This document shows positions 46,259 through 55,901 of a stretch of DNA of 62,400 bases, one piece after another; position 1 is the stretch's first letter, and the number at the start of each line of letters is the position of its first letter. Source of the DNA: a virus (lineage: Duplodnaviria; Caudoviricetes); the IMG/VR virus record IMGVR_UViG_3300009071_000009, positions 1 to 62,400 of that record. One strand, 5' to 3'. The notes under the pieces were generated by a model, which worked only from the letters and a program-made list of their open reading frames with translations, ran no database searches and was not told where the DNA came from. The position numbers were made by a program, and so were the translations under genes.

Positions 46259-49200
46259 ATGGTAACCGTAGTTAAAAAAGTTATAGTTGGAACACCAATT
46301 AGAAGAGTTACTTCTGGTGCCTTTAGTATTTTTAATATTGATGGTATTTCAGCTGAAGGATCTGCCCATAACGATCTTCTTGTTTTTGATTCATCTTCTG
46401 AAAAATTTACAAATCTAAGCACGCTCCGCGTTTTAAAAGTAGATGATTTTACAATTGATAGTAATACAATAAGTGCTACTGGCGATATATACATTTCTTC
46501 TACACAAGTTAATATCAACTCTCCAGTTGAAGCAACATCTTTTAAGCAATCTCAATTAGGCGCTTTTGATGATTCTGACTTAACTAGTAAACTTTATGTA
46601 GATACTGAAGTCGAAAGAGTTAAAAACGTTATCTTTACTACAGATGACGGATTTACTGATTCTGTTCAAATTTATGATGATGAAGATATTAAAGTAATTG
46701 GTGGAATTGGTGTTAAAACTTCTTCTACAAAAATAGGATCACAGTATCAATTAACAATTGATTTAGATAGTTCTGATATAGTAACTGGAACTTATGGTAC
46801 TGCTGACTCAGATAATCTTACAATACCTTTTCTTTCATTTGATTCATCTGGATTATTATCTGGTGTTACGGTATCAAATCCAATTACAACAGATAATGTT
46901 AGAGAAGGCGATTCTAATTTATATTATACTACAGCTAGATTTGATGATAGATTAGACGACAGTAGTTCTATTTCATCTATACGTAGTATGTTCTCTCCTG
47001 GCGGAGATATGGTATATGATTCAATTAACGGTACCTTTTCAATTAATGTTGTTGCTACTTATAACTCAGAAAATTTTGATTCCGATTTAGATGTTGCTTT
47101 AGCTAATAGCCAAAATATTGTATACGCTGATTCATTAAATTCATTCGATTTAACTGCTATAAATGAATCAAATGCTGGGACATTTGGATCAACAACTAAA
47201 ATTCCAATTCTTTCTGTTGATTCATATGGTAGAATTGATAGTATTAGTACTGCCTCAATTTCAACATCATTAGTAATTAGTGCTGATTCTGTTAGTGATA
47301 GTAGTGTAGATTCGATAAATCTTGGTACAGATGTTTTTAATATTTCTGGACAACCTGGTAATATCATTACAAGAGTAACAGATAGTGGTATTAATATACG
47401 ATTAGATAGCGGGCAAACCACACACAATTCTTTTTTAGGTGCCGTGCAACCAGGATTATATACGTATGGTGGCGGGTCGCAGGTAGCTCGAGTTTCAGTT
47501 GATGAGTTTGGTATTGTTAAACACATAGACGCAACTACAATACAGGCGCAAATAACTCTTAAAGATGAAAATAATGCAGAATATGATGCATTTACTACAC
47601 AAAATGACTTAAAGTTTGTAGGCGGGAACGGGATTGATGTTGATGTTAGTGGCGGCTTTTCAGGTGGCAACCCCAGCGCTGATGCAGTAATTACTGTTTC
47701 AATTGATTCATCAGAATTAAGTGCAATAGATAGTGTATCTTGGCTGACTGATTCTAATAAATTACAAATTAGTACTTCTGATGGAGCAAGATTTGTTCCA
47801 CAAATTAATTACTTCGGTGATAGTGTAATATTCGACGATACACTACGCATGAATACCTCTAAACAAGCAGTTTGGGGTACAAAAGGAAATACTGAGCAAG
47901 GTGTATCTGGATCATTTAGTTCAATATATATGATGCCAGGTGATAGTGAAGGAAGTGGTTGGTGGTTCTATAATAATTCACCTGGAATGAAGTTTTATTC
48001 TAAGAGTGAAAATAGTCAAACAGGTGCTGATAGTACTGGGTCCATTGAATTCCTGACTTATTATCGCAATGAAGGTTCCTTTTACGAAGATATGGTTATC
48101 AGTAATGGGGTTTCATTAAAGCATAAAGGTCAGACCGCATTAGCTATTATAGGGCCACAAAATGGCGCTAATGATAGCACGAATGTTACAAGGTTTTATT
48201 CCCATGCTATTCCTTATACTGGTTTGGGTGTAAACTATGATTTAGGTGATTCTGAAAATCCATGGAGAGATTTATATCTTTCTGGACAAACAATACATTT
48301 AGGTGAAATTCAACTAAAAGATAGCGGTGGTGATTTTGCAATTAGATCTGCAGATGGATCTCCTGGTAATATAACAGCAGCTCATATAAATGCTGATTCT
48401 GGTTATATTAGCCAATTTAGAGTCGATTCTGCACAAATTACTAATTATACTGCAACTACGGGATTTGTTGGATTACTAACTGTTGATTCTATAAATGTAA
48501 CAGATCTTAACATTAACACTGCAATAGTAACAAATGGTATTACAGCAGACTCTGCTAAAATAGAAGGTACTTTGACTGCAAGAGATATAAATGTAGACTC
48601 TGGATCTATTAGTCAATTTACAGCAGACTCAGCTTCAATTACTACACTGAATACTACAACAATATCTGGCAATTCTGCAACATTTACAGACATAGTAAGA
48701 TCTGGAACAACTGTTACTGCCGGCGCATATGGTTCAGGTTCACTGGTTCCAGTTCTTACGGTTGATTCTTCAGGTTTTGTTGATAGTATCGGAACAGTTT
48801 CAGTTGCGGGTGTAACAGGATTTGCATGGGATTCGGCAACTTCTACTGCTACAATTAGTACAGCTGATGGTGGATCATTTGCATCAACAATTAATGGTTT
48901 CCATAAAATTACCAGTCATCTAATACCATCAATTGCTAATACATACGATCTTGGTAACGATTCATATAGATGGAATGATCTCTATCTAAATGGAACTAGT
49001 TTGTATCTTGGAGATACCATTATAGAAGATAGTGCTGGTGGCTTTGTCTTTATGCACAATGACGGTGGCGCAGCAAGTCCTGTAGGAGTTACTGTACCGC
49101 AAACTAATTATATTACTTCGACACCACCTACTGGTAACAGTAGCATCACTGCGCAAAGAATGATATTTAATCCAACTGGTACGATATTACAGATAGGTGG

Positions 49201-52200
49201 AATATATACACCTTTGACATATTATGATTTATCTACAGGTTGGGACTTAAGCACTGCAACTGTAGATCAAAATAATTCTTGGACAAATTCTGGCACTCCT
49301 TGGAGTTCAAATGTTAATTTTGATATTGGAAGTCTAAGCTTTAATGCTGATGGTTCAAAGGTTTTCACTGGACGGTATAACAGTTCTATATTCCAATTAG
49401 TATTACACGCCTATGACCTAGGCACAAATTACGTAATTGAAAGCGTAGGAAATAATCCTTCTCAATCCGTAAACGTTAATGTTACTTCATTAAATACAGC
49501 TTGGAATGACAGCAAACCTGCTGGATGGTCGAGTGATTTCTATTCAGCCGGGAGAGATTTTAAAGTAAGGATTATTGATAATGGTAATAAAATTGCCATG
49601 TTTACGGGTGAAAGTAGTAGCTTCTTAGACCTAATTGTTCTTCCTTTAACTACTCCTTATGACTTAAGTACTATTGACTATACTCCGGCCAATGTAAAAT
49701 GTTTTGATTTCGAATATGAATTAACAAATAATATTGTGCCAGGTAGATATACTAGTACGAAAATTTACGGCGAAGATTTCCAATTTAGTAACGACGGCAC
49801 GAAGCTTTGGCTGACTGTTTATGAAAGAGTTGGAGCTTCAAGTCCTTATACTCATGAAATGGATTTCTATCAATTTAATTTATCTACTGCCTATGATATC
49901 GATCCAAGTAGCTTATCTTATAATAGTTCGGTAAGATTAGGAGAATCTGCTTCTTCTCCTTATTATAGATTAGGTGAAAGAATAGATGTTTTCCATGTAG
50001 AAGAGTCAGAAAATAAAATATTCATGGTAGTAAGAAATGAATATTTAAATTCTGGTGGAAGTCAGTTGCTAGCAACTAGCGCAATTGTAGAATTTAGTTA
50101 TGGTAGCCCAGCAATTATGGCTCTAACTAAAATGGGTCACGTAAAAGCAGATTCAGCTCAAATTTCCTTACTAAACGCTGATTCAGGAACTATTGGTCAA
50201 TTTACAGCTGACTCAGCTTCAATTACTACACTAAATACTACAACCGGTAATATAAGTCAGTTTACATCAGATTCAGCTTCGATTACTAATTTAAATGTAT
50301 CTACTCTTAATGCTCCAAGTTTAGATGTTGATTCATCACACATTACTACACTTTCAACAAATAGATTTAATGTTGATTCTGCTAGAGCTGGATTTATACA
50401 GTTTAATGTAGGCGAATATGATGATAACGTTAAACCAACAACTACAGAAGGCGCAGTTTATTATAATTCTGGACCAGATACACTTGTCTTTAAATCTTCT
50501 TCTGGTAGTCCAATTAAAATTGGTCAAGAAGAAGTTACTAGAGTTTATAATAACACTATTTCAACCATACCAAAAGGAAAAGCTGTTTATGTAACAGGAG
50601 CAGCAAATGATTTCCCAACTATTGGTTTATCTAGATCAGACGATATAAACACTGTCTATAAAACAGTAGGTATTACAAAAGATGATATATCACCATCTTC
50701 ATTTGGTTTAGTAGTAAATAGAGGCTTATTTGGTGGAGTAGACACTACAAACTTCTCAGCAGGTGATATTTTACATGTTTCTCCTGATAGTGCTGGAGAG
50801 TTTACTGCATCAAACCCAGTATATCCTAACTTTGCTTTCCAAGTTGGTACAGTTTTAGTTGTAGACTCTGCTGGAGGAAATGCAGTAGGTGGATGTATTC
50901 AAATTGAAATTGTAAGAGAAGTTTTTGAAACTATTAGAGTTTCTGGTGATGGTAGAATCGATGCCAACCTAACAATCGGTGGTAACTTAAACGTTTTAGG
51001 TACGGAAACAACAACTTCAATTTCTAACTTAAATGTTGCTGACACTTTCATATATTTAGGCGCCGGTGACACTATTGGCGCTGGTGGAACAAACTTTAAT
51101 GGTACTGGTGACCAAAACGCAACATTTATTGGCCATTATAAAGGTGATAGCGACGAAACATTTAGAGTACGTGTTTCGGGTGTTGGTGGTGATACTCTTG
51201 AATGGGCACTTGATAGTTGGGGTGCAGGTACCTTAACATTCGATTCAGCTGGTGGTCCAGCAACATGGAATTTAACTACTGATGGTCAAATTGTACCTTT
51301 AAAATATGGCATTTCAATTGATTTTGATAATCCCACTGGCCATGATTTAGGAGATAGTTGGAATGGCGATGCATCACCAATTAATGTTCAAATTGGTCTT
51401 GCTGGTAACTATAATGAGCCAGATGATATTTATCGCCATGCTGGTTTGTTTAGAGACATTTCAGATGGAGTCTGGAAATTCTTTGATAATTATGTTCCAG
51501 AACCAGAAGGTCAGATAAATGTAGCTGCACCTACATTTTCTTTTGCAGATATGAAAGCAAAAGATATTACTGGCGCAGTAATTGAAGCAACTAATGGATT
51601 CACTGGTAATGTTACTGGTACAGTTTCAGATATATCTAATCACACTACTACAAACCTAACTGAAGGTGATAACCTTTATTATACTACCTCAAGAGCTGAT
51701 TCGGATTTTGATGTTAGACTTGCAACTAAGTCTACAACAAACCTAACTGAAGGTGATAATTTATACTATACATTAGCTAGAGCAGATAGCGCAGCTCGTA
51801 GCGCTTTAAGTGTAGATGATCAAAGCGGGGATGGCTCGCTATCTTATGATTCAGCAGCTGGGAAGTTTACTTATATAGGACCTTCTCCAGCTGAGGTTAG
51901 AGCTCATCTTTCAGAAGGTAATGGAATCACTTATGATTCGGCTTCTGGGCAGATAACTATAACAAATACCGGAGTAAATTCAGGTACATATGGTTCAAGC
52001 ACTGAAATTCCTGTATTTACAGTAAATACTAGAGGTCAAATAGATTCAGTTGGAACGGTTGCAGTTGCAGGAGTCACTGGATTTGTATATGATTCATCAA
52101 GCGGAAATCTAACTATTTCTACTGCTGATGGCGCAACTTTTAGTGATAGTATTAACTTAAATCCATTTACTACAAATGAACTAGTTGAAGGTAGCGATAA

Positions 52201-53668
52201 TCTTTATTATACTAGAGCTAGATTTGATTCTGCATTAGGTGATAATACATCAATTACTACAATTAGAGGTTATTTTAATACCGGAGGTGATTTATCATAC
52301 GATTCTACTACTGGTAAATTCTCAATTGACGTAGAAGAAATTTATACCGCTGGTAACTTTGATTCTGATTTTAGAGTTAGATTATTAACTACTACAACTG
52401 ATTCAATTGGCGAAGGAAGTACAAATTTATATTACACTACATCGAGAGCTGACTCAGACTTTGATGTTAGACTTACAACTAAGTCTACTACTGATTTAAG
52501 TGAAGGAAATAATCTTTATTATACCACAACAAGAGCTGACTCAGACTTTGATGTTAGACTTGGTATAGCTGGATCTATTGCTACGATTAGAAGTTATTTC
52601 TCAGCTAGTGGTGATTTATCATACGATTCTACTACTGGCGATTTTAGTTTTGATGTAGAACAAGTTTATACAAAAGCTAATTTTGATAGTGATCTTGGTG
52701 ATGCACTAATTGGCGGAAAGGGAATATCTTACGATTCATCAACAGATACTATTAATATTGATTCGGCTGAATTCTCTGCAATGTTCACTACTACAGATTT
52801 GCCAGAAGGTGATAATTTATACTATACATTAGCTAGAGTAGATTCGGCCTTTGATGTTAGACTTGCAACTAAGTCTACTACAAACCTAACTGAAGGTGAT
52901 AACCTTTACTACACTACATCGAGAGCTGACTCAGACTTTGATGTTAGACTTGCAACTAAATCTACTACTGATATTACAGAAGGAACAAATTTATATTATA
53001 CTCAGACACGGACTGATTCAGATATTATTTCTAGATTAAAAGACGTAAATGAATTTGATGCCGATTCAGTTGGTACTAGAGAATTAATTGTAGAAGCTGA
53101 TGATTCTGCTGGCGATTTAACTATTAAAAATGGAATTATTCATAGAGAATATCATGGAAGAACTGGTGGTGATTCCACATCTGAAAGAGTTAACGTATAT
53201 GTTAGAACAGCGGCAAAAACAAGCAATCACAGATTCTATCAAAAAGGATCGGCAGCTGCTTACTGGTTATCATATGATTCAGCTGATATAGGCACAGCTA
53301 GAGAAATTCAAGCGCCATATTTAGAAATGACTCCAGGTGTTAAATACAGATTTTGGACATTCCACAATTCAAATTCAACACATGATGTTAGATTTTACTA
53401 TGAAAACGATAAACATGAAAGATTAGAACCATCAAGTCCAGGTGTAGATATTACATATAATGGAACAGCTGGTCAGGCCGGTGCGTATTCAGAAATTTTA
53501 GTTCATGATGGCGGCCCGCAATCCTTAGCATATCAATGTATCAATCATCAATATATGGGTAATCATCTTAACTCAAAATCATTAGCATTATCAAGATTAT
53601 ATCAAACAGATTCGGCTATTAATGTTGTTGGAACATTAAACGCAATAATTGACGGAGGTACGTTCTAA
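46259..53668 (+). CDS. Giant mosaic tail fibre/adhesin, DS-rich
   Basis: 2469 aa; GTYGS..IP..TV, YDLG….WRDLYL, EG.NLYYT repeats, C-terminal YQC..H..MG and IDGGTF. Confidence 0.85.
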   Translation: MVTVVKKVIVGTPIRRVTSGAFSIFNIDGISAEGSAHNDLLVFDSSSEKFTNLSTLRVLKVDDFTIDSNTISATGDIYISSTQVNINSPVEATSFKQSQLGAFDDSDLTSKLYVDTEVERVKNVIFTTDDGFTDSVQIYDDEDIKVIGGIGVKTSSTKIGSQYQLTIDLDSSDIVTGTYGTADSDNLTIPFLSFDSSGLLSGVTVSNPITTDNVREGDSNLYYTTARFDDRLDDSSSISSIRSMFSPGGDMVYDSINGTFSINVVATYNSENFDSDLDVALANSQNIVYADSLNSFDLTAINESNAGTFGSTTKIPILSVDSYGRIDSISTASISTSLVISADSVSDSSVDSINLGTDVFNISGQPGNIITRVTDSGINIRLDSGQTTHNSFLGAVQPGLYTYGGGSQVARVSVDEFGIVKHIDATTIQAQITLKDENNAEYDAFTTQNDLKFVGGNGIDVDVSGGFSGGNPSADAVITVSIDSSELSAIDSVSWLTDSNKLQISTSDGARFVPQINYFGDSVIFDDTLRMNTSKQAVWGTKGNTEQGVSGSFSSIYMMPGDSEGSGWWFYNNSPGMKFYSKSENSQTGADSTGSIEFLTYYRNEGSFYEDMVISNGVSLKHKGQTALAIIGPQNGANDSTNVTRFYSHAIPYTGLGVNYDLGDSENPWRDLYLSGQTIHLGEIQLKDSGGDFAIRSADGSPGNITAAHINADSGYISQFRVDSAQITNYTATTGFVGLLTVDSINVTDLNINTAIVTNGITADSAKIEGTLTARDINVDSGSISQFTADSASITTLNTTTISGNSATFTDIVRSGTTVTAGAYGSGSLVPVLTVDSSGFVDSIGTVSVAGVTGFAWDSATSTATISTADGGSFASTINGFHKITSHLIPSIANTYDLGNDSYRWNDLYLNGTSLYLGDTIIEDSAGGFVFMHNDGGAASPVGVTVPQTNYITSTPPTGNSSITAQRMIFNPTGTILQIGGIYTPLTYYDLSTGWDLSTATVDQNNSWTNSGTPWSSNVNFDIGSLSFNADGSKVFTGRYNSSIFQLVLHAYDLGTNYVIESVGNNPSQSVNVNVTSLNTAWNDSKPAGWSSDFYSAGRDFKVRIIDNGNKIAMFTGESSSFLDLIVLPLTTPYDLSTIDYTPANVKCFDFEYELTNNIVPGRYTSTKIYGEDFQFSNDGTKLWLTVYERVGASSPYTHEMDFYQFNLSTAYDIDPSSLSYNSSVRLGESASSPYYRLGERIDVFHVEESENKIFMVVRNEYLNSGGSQLLATSAIVEFSYGSPAIMALTKMGHVKADSAQISLLNADSGTIGQFTADSASITTLNTTTGNISQFTSDSASITNLNVSTLNAPSLDVDSSHITTLSTNRFNVDSARAGFIQFNVGEYDDNVKPTTTEGAVYYNSGPDTLVFKSSSGSPIKIGQEEVTRVYNNTISTIPKGKAVYVTGAANDFPTIGLSRSDDINTVYKTVGITKDDISPSSFGLVVNRGLFGGVDTTNFSAGDILHVSPDSAGEFTASNPVYPNFAFQVGTVLVVDSAGGNAVGGCIQIEIVREVFETIRVSGDGRIDANLTIGGNLNVLGTETTTSISNLNVADTFIYLGAGDTIGAGGTNFNGTGDQNATFIGHYKGDSDETFRVRVSGVGGDTLEWALDSWGAGTLTFDSAGGPATWNLTTDGQIVPLKYGISIDFDNPTGHDLGDSWNGDASPINVQIGLAGNYNEPDDIYRHAGLFRDISDGVWKFFDNYVPEPEGQINVAAPTFSFADMKAKDITGAVIEATNGFTGNVTGTVSDISNHTTTNLTEGDNLYYTTSRADSDFDVRLATKSTTNLTEGDNLYYTLARADSAARSALSVDDQSGDGSLSYDSAAGKFTYIGPSPAEVRAHLSEGNGITYDSASGQITITNTGVNSGTYGSSTEIPVFTVNTRGQIDSVGTVAVAGVTGFVYDSSSGNLTISTADGATFSDSINLNPFTTNELVEGSDNLYYTRARFDSALGDNTSITTIRGYFNTGGDLSYDSTTGKFSIDVEEIYTAGNFDSDFRVRLLTTTTDSIGEGSTNLYYTTSRADSDFDVRLTTKSTTDLSEGNNLYYTTTRADSDFDVRLGIAGSIATIRSYFSASGDLSYDSTTGDFSFDVEQVYTKANFDSDLGDALIGGKGISYDSSTDTINIDSAEFSAMFTTTDLPEGDNLYYTLARVDSAFDVRLATKSTTNLTEGDNLYYTTSRADSDFDVRLATKSTTDITEGTNLYYTQTRTDSDIISRLKDVNEFDADSVGTRELIVEADDSAGDLTIKNGIIHREYHGRTGGDSTSERVNVYVRTAAKTSNHRFYQKGSAAAYWLSYDSADIGTAREIQAPYLEMTPGVKYRFWTFHNSNSTHDVRFYYENDKHERLEPSSPGVDITYNGTAGQAGAYSEILVHDGGPQSLAYQCINHQYMGNHLNSKSLALSRLYQTDSAINVVGTLNAIIDGGTF
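51650..53020 (+). repeat. Dispersed 87-bp (29-aa) repeats EG.NLYYT..RADSDFDVRLATKSTT
   Basis: Near-identical nucleotide copies, e.g. at ~51662, 51749, 52805, 52892, 52979. Confidence 0.9.
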
Positions 53669-53671
53669 GCG

Positions 53672-53679
53672 TATAAATA
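53672..53679 (+). promoter_or_regulatory. T4-type late promoter
   Basis: TATAAATA. Confidence 0.75.
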
Positions 53680-53731
53680 GATTAAAGTCGAGTTTTTACT
53701 CATATATGGCTTCCTTTATTAAGGTGTAACT

Positions 53732-54559
53732 ATGGCAGCAAATATTAAATTAAAAAGATCCGCGGTTGCGGGTAAACAGCCTTTAGTGGCAGACATCGAT
53801 TACGGTGAGTTAGCATTAAACTATGCTGACGGTATTCTCTATTACAAAAATAATATTGATGGTATTGCATCAATATCTGGTGGTGGAGCAGACGCAGATA
53901 GCGCAGCTCCTACTGGCGCAGCTTTAAGAGATGGCCAACTATGGTGGGATGCTACAAATGGTAGACTTAAGATTTATTATGACGACGGTGCTGATTCTGC
54001 TCAATGGGTAGACGCATCTCCTGCTGGTAGAGGTTACACTGGTTCGGCCGGCGCAATAACATTTAGTGAAACTGCTCCAGCAAATCCTTCAGATGGTCAA
54101 ATCTGGTATAATTCAACAACAGGAAAATCATATCTCTATTATGAAAATCAAAGTAATAGAGCATGGATTTTATTTGCAGATCCAACTGTAACAGATGGTG
54201 ACACTGGTTTTACTGGATCTGTAGGTTATGTTGGCTCACAGGGAACAATTTCACCTAGAAACATTTCACTTCTTAATCCTTCAGGTGGTGAAGAAATAAC
54301 TTTACTTAGAACTACCAATGCAATATCAGTTTCAGAAGTAAGAGCTGTAATTAGAGGAAGTAGTTGTGAATACGCAATAAAATATGATACTGATAGAAGT
54401 GCAGCTGGAACTACAGTAGCAACAGAAACAACCACAAACACAACTACAGGATCGACTCCTGTAATTTCTAATGCTTCTATTCCTGCTGGAAATTATGTTT
54501 GGTTAGAAGTTGTTGCTGTGAATAGCTTAACTGAAATTTCAGTAAATGTTACATTTTAA
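53732..54559 (+). CDS. Fibre-associated structural protein
   Basis: IKLKRS…P…GELALN..DG.LY.K N-terminal fibre domain; G.LWW…G.L.IYY modules; GYTGS. Confidence 0.75.
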   Translation: MAANIKLKRSAVAGKQPLVADIDYGELALNYADGILYYKNNIDGIASISGGGADADSAAPTGAALRDGQLWWDATNGRLKIYYDDGADSAQWVDASPAGRGYTGSAGAITFSETAPANPSDGQIWYNSTTGKSYLYYENQSNRAWILFADPTVTDGDTGFTGSVGYVGSQGTISPRNISLLNPSGGEEITLLRTTNAISVSEVRAVIRGSSCEYAIKYDTDRSAAGTTVATETTTNTTTGSTPVISNASIPAGNYVWLEVVAVNSLTEISVNVTF

Positions 54560-54569
54560 GGAGTAAATA

Positions 54570-55526
54570 ATGGCAGCTTTAAATTTTCCAGCATCTCCTA
54601 CACATTTAGATCAATACGTTGATCCTAATCAAGCTGTTTGGCAATACGATTCAGATGGTTCATTTTGGAATGTTATAACGAGCACAACTCGTAAAAATTT
54701 CAGTGGATCTAAAAGAAGAATTCAAACTTCATTTGATGTTACAGAAACCCTATCACCAATTGAATTTTTAAATGAAGATTTTTCGGTAGATAATTATTTT
54801 GGTGGTTCAACTACTAGAGCAACTGTTCCAACTACTGGCTTTTATAGAGTTTATGTTTCTCTTTTCACTTCAACCGGTGGTTCTGGCGCATCTTATACTG
54901 CAGAATTAAGAAAAAACGGAGTTTATTTATTTACTATTAATTTGGGGCCAAACCAAAACGTTAATTTTGATGAAACACTTTCTCTAGTTGCTGGTGACTA
55001 TATTGAAGTTTTTGCATCTGAAAGTGCTAATGTAGGTCAATTTACAAATGAATCAGAATTTTTAGTGTATAGAATAGGTTTTTCTCCAGGCACTGGAATT
55101 AGTAATCATAATGCGTTTAGTGGAGTTAGAGCCGTTTTAAACGGAGCAGTAAATGCTACAAGTACTCCTACACCAATTTCATGGTTTACTACTGATTTTA
55201 ATGCTAATGCAAATGTGATTGGAGATTTATTTTGGTATTCAGGCGCGCCTGATAGATTGACAGTAAGAACTTCAGGATTTTATAGATGTAGATCCTTTGT
55301 TCTTACTAACTCTTTTGGTGGATCAGAAACATATACTGTAGAAATTAAGAAAAATAATACAACTACTATTGATACAATTACAATGGGTCCAAATGACCAA
55401 TTAGATTTTGATGAAGTTTTAGAACTAGCATCAGATGATTTTATTCAATTAATTATTAGTAACTCTGATAACACTGGAGCAGCTAATCAAGAAACATATT
55501 TAGAACTTGTCAGAGAAGGAGTGTAA
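54570..55526 (+). CDS. Structural protein with two C1q/TNF-like domains
   Basis: LNFPASP N-terminus; twice T(VP/VR)T.GFYR…L…D.I. Confidence 0.65.
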   Translation: MAALNFPASPTHLDQYVDPNQAVWQYDSDGSFWNVITSTTRKNFSGSKRRIQTSFDVTETLSPIEFLNEDFSVDNYFGGSTTRATVPTTGFYRVYVSLFTSTGGSGASYTAELRKNGVYLFTINLGPNQNVNFDETLSLVAGDYIEVFASESANVGQFTNESEFLVYRIGFSPGTGISNHNAFSGVRAVLNGAVNATSTPTPISWFTTDFNANANVIGDLFWYSGAPDRLTVRTSGFYRCRSFVLTNSFGGSETYTVEIKKNNTTTIDTITMGPNDQLDFDEVLELASDDFIQLIISNSDNTGAANQETYLELVREGV

Positions 55527-55529
55527 TCT

Positions 55530-55898
55530 ATGGCATTCGTTAAATCAACCAGTACACTTTCCGCTGATGCTATTACGGTACCGGGCCTTTCTGGCGGTGA
55601 TAATGGTAAAGTAGTAAGAATTTCTGGATCAAACACTGCAACTAATGCTGCAAACACTGATACCGCAACTCAGCTTCAAGCTGTATTAATTAAAATTGGT
55701 GATGAATATTATGCTGGAGGAACTGTTTCTGGTTTTACTGGATTAACAGCAAGCACGCCATTATTTTTAGATGCAACAGGAGGATTAACAACATCTCCTC
55801 CTTCTCCAACTGCTTCAACTAGAGCGCTATTTATTGGTTTCGCTATAAATTCAACCGACCTTGTTTTTAGACCAGGAATACCTATTTCAGGAACATAA
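55530..55898 (+). CDS. Small virion decoration-like protein
   Basis: GLT….FL…G.LTT..P…IGFA. Confidence 0.65.
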   Translation: MAFVKSTSTLSADAITVPGLSGGDNGKVVRISGSNTATNAANTDTATQLQAVLIKIGDEYYAGGTVSGFTGLTASTPLFLDATGGLTTSPPSPTASTRALFIGFAINSTDLVFRPGIPISGT

Positions 55899-55901
55899 CA
55901 T

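Noticed and set aside
47059-47670. 203-aa minus-strand ORF and the many other 60-110-aa antisense or alternate-frame ORFs
   Set aside because: Shadows of well-supported genes, with no SD, motifs or space of their own
51650-53020. Diversity-generating retroelement TR/VR pair
   Set aside because: All repeats are coding and in-frame, differences are not evidently adenine-specific, and no RT is present
46259-53668. DS enrichment as a by-product of selection for GANTC (CcrM) sites
   Set aside because: Many DS pairs use GAT AGT/AGC, which is not GANTC, and the enrichment is confined to particular proteins in one reading frame
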